Below are positions 36,046-47,853 of a stretch of 64,000 nucleotides of DNA, in pieces (within the stretch, counting starts at the first letter, position 1; every line of letters begins with the position of its first letter). Source of the DNA: Hypanus sabinus (Eukaryota); NCBI RefSeq assembly GCF_030144855.1, contig NC_082706.1, forward strand, positions 104,904,001 through 104,968,000, in the 5' to 3' direction. A program made the position numbers and the translations under genes. The notes under the pieces were generated by a model. It was not told where the DNA came from, ran no database searches, and saw only the letters and a list, made by a program, of their open reading frames with translations.

Positions 36046-36973
36046 GATAGCAATGTTGTGAAGAGTCTATTTTAACGTATATTAAATAAAACAGTACAAC
36101 GCATGAAAAGACCCTTCAGTATGTGCCATCCATAATGCCAATTTAAACAAATCCTATCTGCCTGAACATGAGCTACAGTACAATATATTCTCCATTCCTT
36201 GCCTGTTCACATGCCTGTCTAAATGCATCTTAAACAGTGATAATGTATCTAAATTATGTCATTAATAGGGAGAGGACTTGTACTGAAGGTAAGATTTAAA
36301 TTCAAGATCAACAAAAACTTAAAAACACAAAAGAGACCACTTGATGGTCTCAGCCTACACATGGGCTATTTGAGCTTAATATCCCATTAGAGCAGTTTTC
36401 TTGAAAGGAATTTTTGGCAGAGCAGTAGCTCTTCTTGATTGTGGAGAGGTATTACCATTTTGGGCTGTTTGTGTTTTTCGGATATGCCAGGGTTTTACTA
36501 GGTTCAGTTCTAAAAGCAGGTTTGCTGGAACTTTTTCTGGAATTTATATCATATGCACTTATAATTTGCGTTATGAAATTTGCCATTGTTGGATCCATTT
36601 GATGAACAAAATCAGCGATATATTGCTGTAATGTAAAACACAACAGGGATTATAGAATTTTAGAAACTAAAGTAGAACGTACAGTCAGAGTTATACAACA
36701 TGGAAATGGCCTTTCGGCCTAACTCATCCATGCTCCAACCAAGGTGCTAATATATTTCTGTTAATCCCATTTGCCTGCATTTGGTACCTATCCCCCTTAA
36801 ACTTCTCCTGTCATATAAAGTTGCTCAGTAATGTGAAGCAATTACAATCAACCCATTGGATTTCAGTAGTATAAAGTCTGAAGCTTTGAGATGAACGTTG
36901 AGAGACTCATTTGTAACCTAATTTTGATAAAAGTTTGTCATGATTTTGAAATTGCTTTCCTTATCTGTTGTAG

Positions 36974-37048
36974 ATGTGATCAGGGAAAAAGGATTGGAAC
37001 ATGTGACGGTAGATGATTTGGTGGCAGAAATAACTCCAAAAGGAAGAG
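36974..37048 (+). CDS. ENY2: ENY2 coding exon
   Basis: GTAG|[25 protein letters not shown]|GTCTGT; 75 nt. Confidence 0.97.
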
Positions 37049-37194
37049 GTCTGTATGTGTTCATTTATATGGAGCATGAATGGCAAGTTTAGTCACAAAT
37101 ATAAGCAAATATACAGCATCACTTCCTGGTTTAGTCTGTTGATCTGTTTTGGGGTTCATTCTTTGGAATAGTTGTATTTATTTATTTTATTTTG

Positions 37195-37475
37195 TTTAGA
37201 GACTCCCTGTGGAATAGGCCATTACGGTCCCAAGAGCCACAGCACCCAGCAACACACCTATTTAACACTAGCCTAATCACAGGGCAATTTACAATGACCA
37301 ATTAACTTATTAACTGGTAGATCTCTGGACTGTGAGAGAAAATCAGAGCACCGAGAGGATACCCATGCGTTCATGGGGAGGACGTACAAGCTCTTTTTCA
37401 GAGGATGTTTGAACCCCGGAATTGAATTCCAATAGCCGAGCTTTAATAGCGTACACTAGCCACTATGCTACATGC
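37195..37475 (-). mobile_element. V-SINE (HE1-like) degenerate copy
   Basis: Reverse complement of the V-domain core (ATGACCAATTAAC..GGACTGTG..AGAGCACC..GGGGAGGACGTACAA). Confidence 0.7.
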
Positions 37476-39044
37476 TGTGACAATGCCTAAAATGCCCTTT
37501 TCCTAGAAGGTTATAAAAATGTGTGTGGGGGAGGAGTGGTAATAATGTTCTCATTGTTATCTCTCTGCATCAAAGATAAACGTGTATTCTTCCTTTAGCT
37601 TTGCAAATCTAATCTGAAACAAATTACAAGTATATCAGCGATGACAATCAATAGCATCGATATTGTATATTTTAATGTAGAAACCAAAAGTCAAAATTTT
37701 ATTCAGAATAAAAATGAATGAGACCTAAATCTCCCTGCCCCGTGACACCATCCACTAGAGCAGCCAGGATCTCCCAGTAGCCACCCATTTCAATTACAGT
37801 TCCAATTTCCATACTAACATGCCTGTCCATGGCCCTTGAATTTCTGGCTTGTTACTGGTGTCTTTCACAGTGGTAGGAAGGAGCATAATTTGAGAAAATA
37901 AGCGGGGAGCTTACAGTTTTCATTCTGGATCTATTGTACGATTGACATTAATGCAACTCCTTTTCTCTAAATAATGCTGCTCACAATTTTATGGATGACC
38001 CTGTCTAAATAATTGATTTCCATTCCCATCTCAAAGCCAAACATGTGAGAGTCTGTGCTCTTGAATTATCTGAATGAATGCTTTGCCACATACCCCACCC
38101 CAACTCTCATCCTGCACTGGTCACTTTTCATCTTCTATTGCTTCATGACTGTGAGCTCATTTTTGTGAACTTTGATTCTGAATGTTACTTGCTTACTTAT
38201 TGTTTGTAGAATTTGTTCATTTTTTGGGCACTTTGGGTATTTGTCGGTCTTTTTAATGGGTCCACTTGGCTTTCTTTGTTTTGTACTGTCTGTAAGGAGA
38301 TGATTAAGATTGTATACACTTTGACAATAAATGTGCTTTGAACTTTGCTGCTTCACACATTTATACTATTTTTTATTATAGTGTCAGTAACATTATACTG
38401 TCTTACATAAACATGCGGCACATACTTGTCAATTATCAGGCCATGCCATTCAGGGTCTTTGGCTAATATTATTTTGTGAACTTATGTGCTGGATCATAAC
38501 TATAAGTTCTGTGTTTTTCACCTTGGCTCCAAAGGAATGATGCTCTGTTTCGCTGTGTACATGCGTGTGGCTGAATGAGAGAAACATAGAAAACCTACAG
38601 CACAATATAGGCCCTTCAGCCCACAATGCTGTGCCAAACATGTACTTCCTTTAGAAATTACCTTGGGTTACTCATAACCCTCTATTTTTCTAAGCTCCAT
38701 GAACCTATCCAAGAGAGTCTTAAAAGATAATATGATAATGATAATAAACTTGAATTTAAAGTTACATGGTTAAAGGAATCTAGTCTTAATCCACTGCTGC
38801 ATTGGTTTTGAGTCAAACATTGCAGCCAATTCTATTATCACTCTAGAGCCTCCAGATGATGAGATAATGCACAATAATTTCCTGCTGTCCACATTTATGT
38901 TGTGACAGTCAAATATAGGTATTTCAAAGGTTCCTACTTTTATAATTTAAAATAATTTGATTCCAAGATAAAACCGTGACTTGTTCGTTGGTTTGGCTTT
39001 AATTTAAAAGATCCCTGTTTCAGACATGCTTGTTTTTGTTTCAG

Positions 39045-39121
39045 CCCTGGTGCCTGACAGTGTGAAGAAGGAGCTTTTGCAGAGGATAAGGACCTTCCTT
39101 TCTCAGCATGCCAGTCTCTAA
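39045..39121 (+). CDS. ENY2: ENY2 last coding exon
   Basis: TTCAG|[25 protein letters not shown]; the spliced CDS is 68+71+75+77 = 291 nt (96 aa plus stop). Confidence 0.97.
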
Positions 39122-39339
39122 GCTTAAAATGACCAAATTACATTGCCATTTCTTTATAATTTCAGAACATGAATTAAATCAGTCATTGGAATGGCTCCCA
39201 ATTAAGGCTTCACATCTTTGTTTTTGTGATGTGCTTTCATGTCAATTTTTGATATGTTTCGTTTTTTACGTTCTCAGCCAAGTAGGTTTTCTACACACCC
39301 TCATGAATTTTCCTGAGTATGTTTAAAAATGTTTGTTGA

Positions 39340-39345
39340 AATAAA
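39340..39345 (+). terminator. ENY2 polyadenylation signal
   Basis: First AATAAA seen after the stop codon, ~220 nt downstream. Confidence 0.65.
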
Positions 39346-40094
39346 ATGATTTTGACACAATTACTGCTGTGATATGCTTTAATCTTGCAAAACTTTTTGT
39401 TCAGATAAGTATAGTTAAGTGTTCCTATCACACTAGGTTTTTAATCTGGAAAGTTGTTGCCATGTAAAGAATCTGTTTATATTTCTTTCAAGCCTTAAAA
39501 TCATGGAAGCACTCACTTCATTAGAACTGAAAAGTGAGAAGCTTGTTTTATGGTGCAGAGAGGAGAAGATGGGAAGAAGTAGAATGTTGGTTTTAATCTA
39601 ACAAATTTATCTACACCATTACATTTGCTTTTAAAAGTAGCATTGTAGACTGAAGAGAAAATAAAGAAATACATAGGAATTCCTAGGGGGAAAAAATTCC
39701 AAAACTAGCAGGCATAGTTCTAAGGTAGAAGGTTTAAAGAAGACCAAGGAGCATCTACAGGGAGTGGTGTGTCTATATAAAATAAGCTGCTTAGGAATTA
39801 CTTGAAGTAGGTACAATAATAGCATTTAATAGACATTTGGACAGATGCATGGATAAGGAAGGGTTTAGAGAGATACGGGCCAAATGCAGACTAGCTTAGA
39901 TTGGAACCAGCCTCCTGTGCATGGACTTTATCTATACTTCTCGCTACCTCAGTAAAGAAGCCAGCATAATCACAGACCCCAACCATGCTGGACATTCTCT
40001 TTTGTTCCCCACTCACATCGGGCAGAAGATACAAAAGCCTGAAAGCACATAACACCAGGATTAAGGACAGCTTCTATAGTGCAGTTATCAAGTA

Positions 40095-40390
40095 GAGTAT
40101 TGAGTACAGGTGTTGGGATGTTATGTTGAAGCTATACAGTAAATGGTGAAGCAAAATTTGGAGCATTGTGTGCTATTCTAGCCATCTACCTGCAGAAAAG
40201 ATATAAATAAGGTTGAAAAAATACATTGAACATTTACAAGGATGTCATTGGGACTTGAGGACTTCAGTTATGGGAAAGATTAATAGGTTATGTCTGTTCT
40301 CTGGAGTGTAGGAGAATGAGGGGAGATTTGATAGAGGTATATGAGAAGTATAGATAAGGTATAGGTAAGCAGGCTTTTTTGGGTGTGACT
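40095..40390 (+). mobile_element. CR1 3' fragment, left part (host of the ERV insertion)
   Basis: CR1 RT C-terminal sequence breaks at GGGTGTGACT and resumes after the provirus at 48277. Confidence 0.8.
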
Positions 40391-40796
40391 TGTTGGATTC
40401 TGCTATTTATGATCCAAGGTTCTTTTGGAAGTCAAGAATGAGGCATAAAACTTGTTGCTTCACAATAGTTGATTAAGCACTAAGAGAACAAAGATCAGAG
40501 AAAAGGTAGTGAGAGTCTAAGAACAAACAAGAAAAGGGAATAAAAGATGGCGAACCAACATGCTCTGCTTTTCTGAAAACCAGAGATAACAGACATTCCA
40601 TTCAGATTTGTAGATAAGAGTTAACCAATAAGACAGACCCTATTCAAATATTGTGATACCAAAGAAGTTTCCAGAAAGACACAAAACTGTACCCACTAGG
40701 GGATGCACTGAACAATTGCATATACATAGGTGATATACACAAGAAACATAGGAAAGGTAAACGGGAAAGAAAACAATTATGCAGTGTAATCCAATT
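40391..40796 (-). repeat. ERV 3' LTR
   Basis: Direct repeat of 47854-48276 (54 of the first 66 aligned positions match by hand count); on the minus strand it is preceded by the purine tract GGGGAGAGAA (40795-40804). Confidence 0.9.
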
Positions 40797-40891
40797 CTCT
40801 CCCCAGTACCACCCCCAATTCTAAATCACACATTTAGAATTTGAACATTCAGAGGCAGAAAAACTTGTGTCTACGGTAAGTCTATAATAAT

Positions 40892-40929
40892 CAGTCCTGA
40901 TGAAGAGGTTCGGCCCGAAACATCAGCTA
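40892..40929 (+). ncRNA. Minimal type I hammerhead ribozyme motif in a solo Penelope terminal repeat
   Basis: CAGTC-CTGATGA-AGAGGTTCGGCCC-GAAA-CATC: intact CUGAUGA and GAAA core; the ACGT stem III is apparently decayed to ACAT. Confidence 0.65.
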
Positions 40930-40992
40930 TACTCTTTTCGATAGATGCTGCCTGGCCTGCTGATTTCCTCCAACATCTTATGTGTGTTTCTT

Positions 40993-42902
40993 CAGTGGTT
41001 CCCAACCACCGGGCCGAGAGGAAACGCTATGAGTCAACTGCACCTTTCCTCATTCCGTCACGCTCACTGTTGAACTTGAACGCACGCGAGGTCATCAGTC
41101 ACCTAAACGCAGTGACACCCTCACACCAGGGAGGTTGGCCTCGGGTAACCGGCTGCCTCACACAAGGGATCACCGGTTGGCCTCGGGTAACCGCGGCGGG
41201 AAGTGCCGTTGGTACCGGCCTGGAGCACGGACAGATGGGCGCCGCCTCTAAACCTGTTCACCACACCGAATGTTCGTGGGGAACCCGGTGCTAAAGTATT
41301 CGCAGACGACCTAATTCGGGCTCAAGCGTTTCGAAGTAGTAGAGCAGCTACCTCGAATGCAATCTACTGAAACAAACCTTTGTCGGCCGATAGATCCTAC
41401 AAGGGGGGCGGGTGCGTGTCCTGTCGCACTCCTCGCTCGGTCAGTTGCTCTCTCCGGGCCCCGGCACTCACCTTGTCCTCTCACCCCACCCACGACCTGG
41501 CCAAAGCGGCGGGCAGAGGCTGGAGTTCGGGCCCGGGGGCTGATCTAATGAGGCAATGAAGCCCTCAAAACTGCTTCGGTACCTTGAGTCCAAGCACACT
41601 GCTCTTAAAGACAAACCCGTTGAGTTTTTTGAGCGGAAAAAACGTGAGCAAGCGGAACAGAAGCAAATGCTGATAGCCGCAAAAACTAAATTGCGGAATA
41701 GACGGGACATAAGGAACCTCCTTCGAGTATCGTTGTACACGTGCCCCCTGTGAGCATCTGTGCTTTGTCGATTTATTTTGTGCATCCGTTAGCAAGATGA
41801 GTTCTAAGGTATCGGAAAACCTAAAGGGTGTTACACTTAGCGTAAAACTAAGCATAATAAATCGTTTCGATCGTGGTGAACGAAGTGAGGGTATAGTGAG
41901 TTTGGCTAAGGGTTTGTGGAAGTTGACGAAGATGATGTTGAAGAGGTTTTGGCATCCCATGACCAAGAACTGAGAGATGAAGAGGACATTGAAGCCGAAC
42001 GCAGGAACTGAACATGAAGCAATTGCATGAGATTTTCGCTGCGAGTGACAACACTGCAATGATTGCAGAAAAGTATGACTTTAATTTGAAAGGGTACGTA
42101 GGTTTATGGCAGGTTTGCAGGATGGTTTGCTTACAAAGTGTATGATAGAAAAATGCGTGAGGCTAAGCAGTCAAGCATACTGTCGTTTTTCAAGCCTTCC
42201 ACATCAGCACAGCAGACGACGAACCTCGACCTTCGACATTGAGGCAGGCAGACGGACATAGAAGGTGACCTGCCTGCCCTGATGGAAACAGACGACGATG
42301 AGATGACACCCCAGTCTCCTCTACCTCCCACCACCCCAACCTCCGACGACCATCATCATCCTCATTGTCTTCCCGATTCCGGTAAGTGAAATTACACTGG
42401 GCGTACATTATTTCTACTTGATATAGGCTGTGTATTTTTATGTGTTGCTTGGTAGCTTCATAGCTTAAAGGTTATTAGAAAGAGCGCTTCTGCCAGGAGC
42501 GCTTGCGCGAGATTTTCGCTGCGGCGGACAGTGCTGCAATAATTGTAGAAAAGTATTCCTACATTATATAGGCTGTTTATTTATCAGATCATTCCTGCTT
42601 TTACTATATGTTACTGTTATTTTAGGTTTTATGTGTTATTTGGCATGATTTGGTAGGTTTTTTTTTTGGATCTGCGAACCTTCATGAATTTTTCCCGTAT
42701 AAATAAATGGTAATTGCTTCTTCACTTCAGACATATCCGGCTTACGAATTTTTATAGAACGCCTGTGCCTTCGAATGGCGGGGGGAGAACCTGTATTCCG
42801 GTCGTGATTAACACCGCACCCCACCCCACCCCGCTGACCAGTCCGCTAAAATATTGTCAATATTAAACCGCTCCGCGGTGCAAAAAAGGTTGGTGATCCC
42901 TG
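40993..42902 (+). mobile_element. hAT (Buster/Charlie-type) non-autonomous DNA transposon
   Basis: TIRs CAGTGGTTCCCAACC / GGTTGGTGATCCCTG; 8-bp TSD TGTTTCTT / TGTTACTT (nnnTAnnn pattern); transposase remnant MKPSKLLRYLESKHTALKDKPVEFFERKK fused to the C-terminal K.RNR.DI..LRV. Confidence 0.9.
41738..42793 (+). mobile_element. Tigger/pogo non-autonomous element nested in the hAT
   Basis: TA at 41736-37 and 42794-95; right TIR GGGGGAGAACCTG; MSSKVSE..GVTLSVKL.II.RFDRGER (psq-like HTH); 3' part homologous to 25329-25590. Confidence 0.85.
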
Positions 42903-42959
42903 TGTTACTTGGATTTAAAGCATTTGTAGATTTTATCTTGTTTGTAATCAAAAACCTCA

Positions 42960-44768
42960 TTTATGGAAATATCAAAGTGTGTTCATGGGGTTATGTCGTC
43001 GTTAGGTTAATTAGTAAGCACATTCGCATGAGTTTGAGCTACTCTATTAATTATTATTCAAGTAAAAAACATGACAAATAATATGAGTTATAATAATGAA
43101 TAACCCCAGCTTCCTAGATTTAAATGAATCTAGCCAAAGAAATCCCTTCCATCAGATGGATGTATTTTAGCTGGTTATTTACAAATATGATCAGTCAAAT
43201 CAGTTATGTCTTCAGACTGGTCAGGTATGTAAGTACAACACTCCTTGCCTTATAACTGCACGTGTTCCTCTCTCCCCCCCCCCCAATAACTGAGAAGATC
43301 TAATGCCATGCAAATTTTAAAAACAATCTTACATATGGTGACTACTTCTGTTGCTGAAGTCATTCCTTACCCTATCTAAAACCACAACATTTTTAACCTC
43401 TCTTGTACTTCTTGCAATATCATAAATTGCAAACCAGCTTCTGAAATGTCTTGTTTACTTCTAGATTTAGGAGGCAAAGATAAAGTCTGTGCATATCTCA
43501 AAGCAGGAAAGGCATACCCCAAATAATAAGATCCTGACAATTATGTAGTAGAGAGGTATCAACCCCATTTCCACACATAAAGAATGTATTATTTCATGAA
43601 TTTATACCATTTATTACTTGACAGAAGTCTTGTTGAATTGAAATATTTTTCTGATGAATGTTGTTAATGAAAATTCCAGAGTCATTACCCCATTTAGTAC
43701 AATGTAAAGTATAATTGCATGAACTATGCCCTACTGAAATGGTACCTACTTGAACTCAAGCAAAAGGTAACTTTTATAGCGAATGCCTGAAAAGGCTTAA
43801 TAGCTTTATCATGAACAGTAGGGTGAGATATGATGTGGTTCCCTAAATCATGCTGATTATATTTACGTAAATGATATAGTTCAAGACAGTTTATAGGGGG
43901 CATAATCATCATATAACTGTGCCTCCCTTGAGAATAATTAAAGATGAGCTTAATGCTAATATTGCCATTGCTGGATTACAATAATGAACTTAAAGAGGGT
44001 GTTTGTTCTGGATCTTTAGGAATGCTTAGCATTGGTGATTTTTTTTAATGTATTCATTTAGGGGATGTGGGTGTAGCCAACAAAGCCAGCATTTATTGCC
44101 TATCCCTTGTTGCCCTTGAGAAGGTGGTGATGAACTGCCTTCCTGAACTGCTGCAGTGCCTGAGGTGTAGCCAGTATGTTTCCAAGTCAGGATGGTGAGT
44201 GACTTGGAGGGGGATTTCAAAGTGGTGGTGTTCCCAAGTATCTGCTGTTCTTGTCCTTCTAGATGGTAATGGTTTGTGGGTCTAGAGGGTGCTTCCTTAG
44301 GAACTTTGTGTTGTTGCAGTGCATCTTGTAGATAGTACACCCTGCTGCAACTTTTTGTCAATGGTGGAGGGATTGGATGCTTGTGGAAGGGGTACCAATC
44401 AAGTGGGTTGCCTTGTACTGGATGGTGTCAAGCTTCTTGAGTCTTGATGGAACTGCATTCATCCAGGTGAGTGGTGAGTATTCCGTTACACTCCTGACCT
44501 GAACCTTGTAGATGGTGAACAGGCTTTGGGGAGACAGGAGGTAAGTAACACGCCACAGGATTCCTAGCCCTTGAGCTGCTCTGGTAGCCGAAGTGTTCAT
44601 ATAAGTGCCTGGTATATATTGACATACCCAACAGCTAGAGGCATTAACAGCATCAGCAAATTCATATGATATTTGCAAGTATGCATTATGAGTGATCTCA
44701 ACTGGCATATTGTGAGTGGGAGAAATTGGCAAAAATATAATAACAAATAATATTATAATAAACTTCAT
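42960..44768 (-). pseudogene. env: ERV env (gamma-type SU/TM), interrupted and decayed
   Basis: Signal peptide MKFIIILFVIIFLP.. and CWVC (CXXC) motif; TM remnant ..MALDLL.. (immunosuppressive-domain-like) and GT[C>R]AVIGKECCTYIPD (CX6CC, across a 1-nt insertion) at ~43215-43320; hydrophobic anchor at ~43040-43100. Confidence 0.85.
44039..44610 (-). mobile_element. L2/CR1-group LINE 3' fragment inserted in env
   Basis: RAAQGLGILWRVTYLLSPQSLFTIYKVQVRSVTEYSPLTWMNA..KKLDTIQ.KA, a non-LTR RT C-terminus; A-rich tail at ~44039-44050. Confidence 0.8.
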
Positions 44769-44889
44769 GTCCTGTAATTGTCGACTCTACTTGAGGTCTT
44801 CTGGCTGGTTAGTGATTTGCTCACTGTATAGGCACTGAGTTGGAGGTTACTGGCACATTAACCACAGTGTTAGTTGTCTTCACGGATAC

Positions 44890-45860
44890 AACTTTAGCCC
44901 TCTTGCAGTGGCTGTTGTGTATCCACTTATTTTTACCTTATACTTTCACCACTGAGTTAGTCATTAACAGCACTTGATAAGGACCTTCCCATCAACCTTC
45001 CAGTTGTTCCTTACTCAGGGCCCACTCAACAGGAACTAGGGTGTGTCCTCTTCCTCTTGAATCACTCCAAGTGATAGAAACCAATTGAGAAGCAGACATC
45101 TAGGGTTAATTTCACACAACAGTTAGATAAACTCTGTTCAGTAAATATCAGCCTCTCTGAGATCAAGAGCTCCTGGCAGTGTCATGGGATACCCTGTTAC
45201 TTTATTGAATGAACTTAATTCAGTTTTCCTGTTAGGGTTGCTCTGATGCTACTTAAGACCATAGGAAGAGTCATAGGCCATGGTACACCACCTTCATGGT
45301 AATTAGTCATTGTTTGATGGTTCCATTCATTCGCTCAAGTTGTCCTCATGATTCTGGATGATGTGGGCAATGAAAAGACCATTCAATGTTCATCAGTCAA
45401 CATAATTCCTGACAAACATTCCCAGTGTAATGTGTTCTTTGATCAGAGTTGATGTGACATAGCAATTCCCATCTAGAAATAGAGTCCTTGATCAGAGTCT
45501 TTACTGAGTGTAACTTTTTTTGCTGGAATAGCTTTCACCCATCTTGAAAACTTGTCCACTATTACCAGTGCATCAGAGTATCCTTGACACTTAGGAAAAG
45601 TAATGTAGTCCATTTGTAAGTATATAAATGGACTGGGTTGGACAAGAACACTTAATTGTGGTAGAATTTCCGCTGCTCCAGGATTTGTTTTCTGGCGTGT
45701 CGTGCATCTTTCAAACATTTATTGAGCTCAAGTCCTGCATTTTGGATTCCACCACCATTGGGAGAACCTGTTGATCACCTTTTCCTCTCCAATGTGTCCC
45801 TAAGCAGTGTATTGTACCTGCTGTGCCAGATGAGGAAGCAATGTAGTTGGGGCTACTAGT
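44890..45860 (-). pseudogene. pol: ERV integrase remnant
   Basis: HHCC remnant (GHIG..WWWNP..RCTT), PFIYLQMDYI..KCQGY..LVIVDKFSRWV, FHCPHHPES*GQLERMNGTIK and WEGPYQVLL..WIHNSHCKR. Confidence 0.9.
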
Positions 45861-46599
45861 CTGATAGTGCCACATCTCTATGCTCCATCACAGTTGAACC
45901 TTCCACCATTTTCCATCCAGAACAAAATTTCTTGTTTAGAGAATTGAGCTTGCATCTCTCAAATATTTTGTAACTTAACTTGCATGATTTCAGTTGTCAA
46001 ATTTACTGCATATGTTTTCAGTACTTCATTTAATTATTTGACCTTTTTAAAATTTCTTTTACCCCTTCCTGTGCTGTCCTTTTCACAATTTCATCTGCAA
46101 ATGCATTTCCATAACTTTTCATTGAAATCATTTTGGAGTGGCTTTTTCATTTTAATGCAGCTATTCTTGATGGCAATTCTATGACATTCATGTGTTCTTA
46201 TACTAGTTGACCATTCTCAATTGGGCATCCAGCCATTCAAATTCCTTCCCAATCATTGAGTAGCCATCGGTGCACAAAATCAGATCTTTGGCAAAGTAAT
46301 AACCGACAAAGACACTGTTGGTCTTAACTGCCATCATGTGTTTCTCATTGGACATGCAGGGTAACATCATGGGTTCATAATGCAGGTGCAGTACTCAAGT
46401 CACCTTTAAAGTTTGAAATGCATCTTGAAAGTTGTTCTTCATTAAGATAATAGGGTGGTCTCAGCAGGTCGTTCAATGGTTAGGCAATTTCAGCATATGA
46501 ATTGATCCATGCTGTGCCATAGTTACACAAACCCAAAAATGATCGTAATTGCTGGACTGTTAAAGGTGGTGTTGCTGTCTTATTCACTTATGCATGACC

Positions 46600-47090
46600 C
46601 TCAGTGATTTCCTGCTCACCTTGGGAAATTTTCTGCCCCATGTAAGTTACTTCTTGCCTGGATTTGCTTTGTGATCCTTGGAGGATAGATAATTGAGCAA
46701 ATAAATTTCATGTTCATGCTGGTCTGCAGCTTCAGATGCAATCAAGATATCGTCCACATATTGTACGATAGTCGAATCAATGGCTGGTAAGTCTCTCAGA
46801 TGTTGTCTCAAGGTCATGTGATAGTCAGTGGGACTGTTGTAGAGCCCTTGTGGTAGCCTCATCCACTGGTATTTTTGACCATCAACCGTGAAAGCCAACC
46901 ACGGTTGACATTCAGATGCCAGGTGTACAGTCCAGAATCCATTGGCCATATCAATAACTGTAAACAACTTGTGTGATGGCTTCATGACATTAAAAATAGT
47001 TAATTGATCTGCCACTCGCAGGGCTAGCTTGTCAATATATTGATTAACAACTCAGTAGTAATTCACTGTCCGTCTCCTTTCATTGGTTTC
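46600..47090 (-). pseudogene. pol: ERV reverse transcriptase remnant
   Basis: FTVIDMANGFW, AFTVDG..YQW.RLPQGLYNSP and QYVDDILIAS. Confidence 0.92.
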
Positions 47091-47545
47091 ATCTTCAGTC
47101 CTGCGTGTCTTCACTTCCTTGGTCTTTATTGGAGCAACCTATTGCTTCATCACTGTCATCCTCACTTGAGTCACTAGAGGCCACTGCAGAGTGCCTGTGA
47201 CATCTATGCTGTAATTCTTTGGTGTTCAGATGGTGGTGATATCTCAGACTATTGTCCAAAGTAGGCTGCAATTCCTCACAGTTCAGATGGTGGCATTATC
47301 TCAGTGGACTGACCAATGTCAGGGCTTTTCCCCAAGAAGAAGTGTCACTGGCAGGACTGTCCCCTTGATGACCCTCCAGAGCTTTCTGATATTGCTTCAG
47401 TTGGTCGAAGTTCTGCGCAATGCACTTCAATTCAATTACACCCATTGTGTTGTTTTTTGTCACTCCTTCAATGAATGTAGAAATTTGCTCTTTAGGTTTT
47501 TTGCTGTCTTGCACACTGTTTTTGTAGTTATCACAAATTTCCTGT
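47090..47545 (-). pseudogene. gag: Probable ERV gag N-terminal remnant (rest of gag and pro deleted)
   Basis: Position between the PBS and RT; partial ORF 47296-47562; no diagnostic motif seen. Confidence 0.45.
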
Positions 47546-47806
47546 TTCTTCCCCTCTGCCATCTGATTCCTAAATGGACATTGAATCTTTGGACACTACC
47601 TCACTTTTTTTTAATATACAATATTTCTGTGTTTTTAAATCTATTCAATATATGTAATTGATTTACTTGTTTATTTATTATTATTTTTTAAATTTATGAT
47701 TATTATTACTTTTTCTCTGCTAGATTATGTATTGCATTTAACTGCTGCTACTAAGTTAACAAATTTCACGTCACATGCCGGTGATAATAAAACTGATTCT
47801 GATTCT
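47546..47806 (+). mobile_element. Rex1/Babar 3' UTR fragment inserted in the ERV leader
   Basis: Homologous to ~28978-29223; ends in CTGATTCTGATTCT. Confidence 0.8.
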
Positions 47807-47832
47807 TCAGAGTCCTTAAAGTTTTTTAACCA

Positions 47833-47850
47833 TCGTTGCTGACTATGCCA
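47833..47850 (-). promoter_or_regulatory. ERV primer-binding site, tRNA-Ser type
   Basis: TGGCATAGTCAGCA begins 3 nt after the 5' LTR; 12/14 match to TGGCGTAGTCGGCA (complement of the tRNA-Ser AGA/TGA 3' end); both mismatches are CpG>CpA. Confidence 0.8.
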
Positions 47851-47853
47851 AAT

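Noticed and set aside
44358-44768. 136-aa secreted-looking ORF
   Set aside because: Chance in-frame fusion of the env N-terminus with an inserted LINE fragment; not a host gene or a domesticated env.
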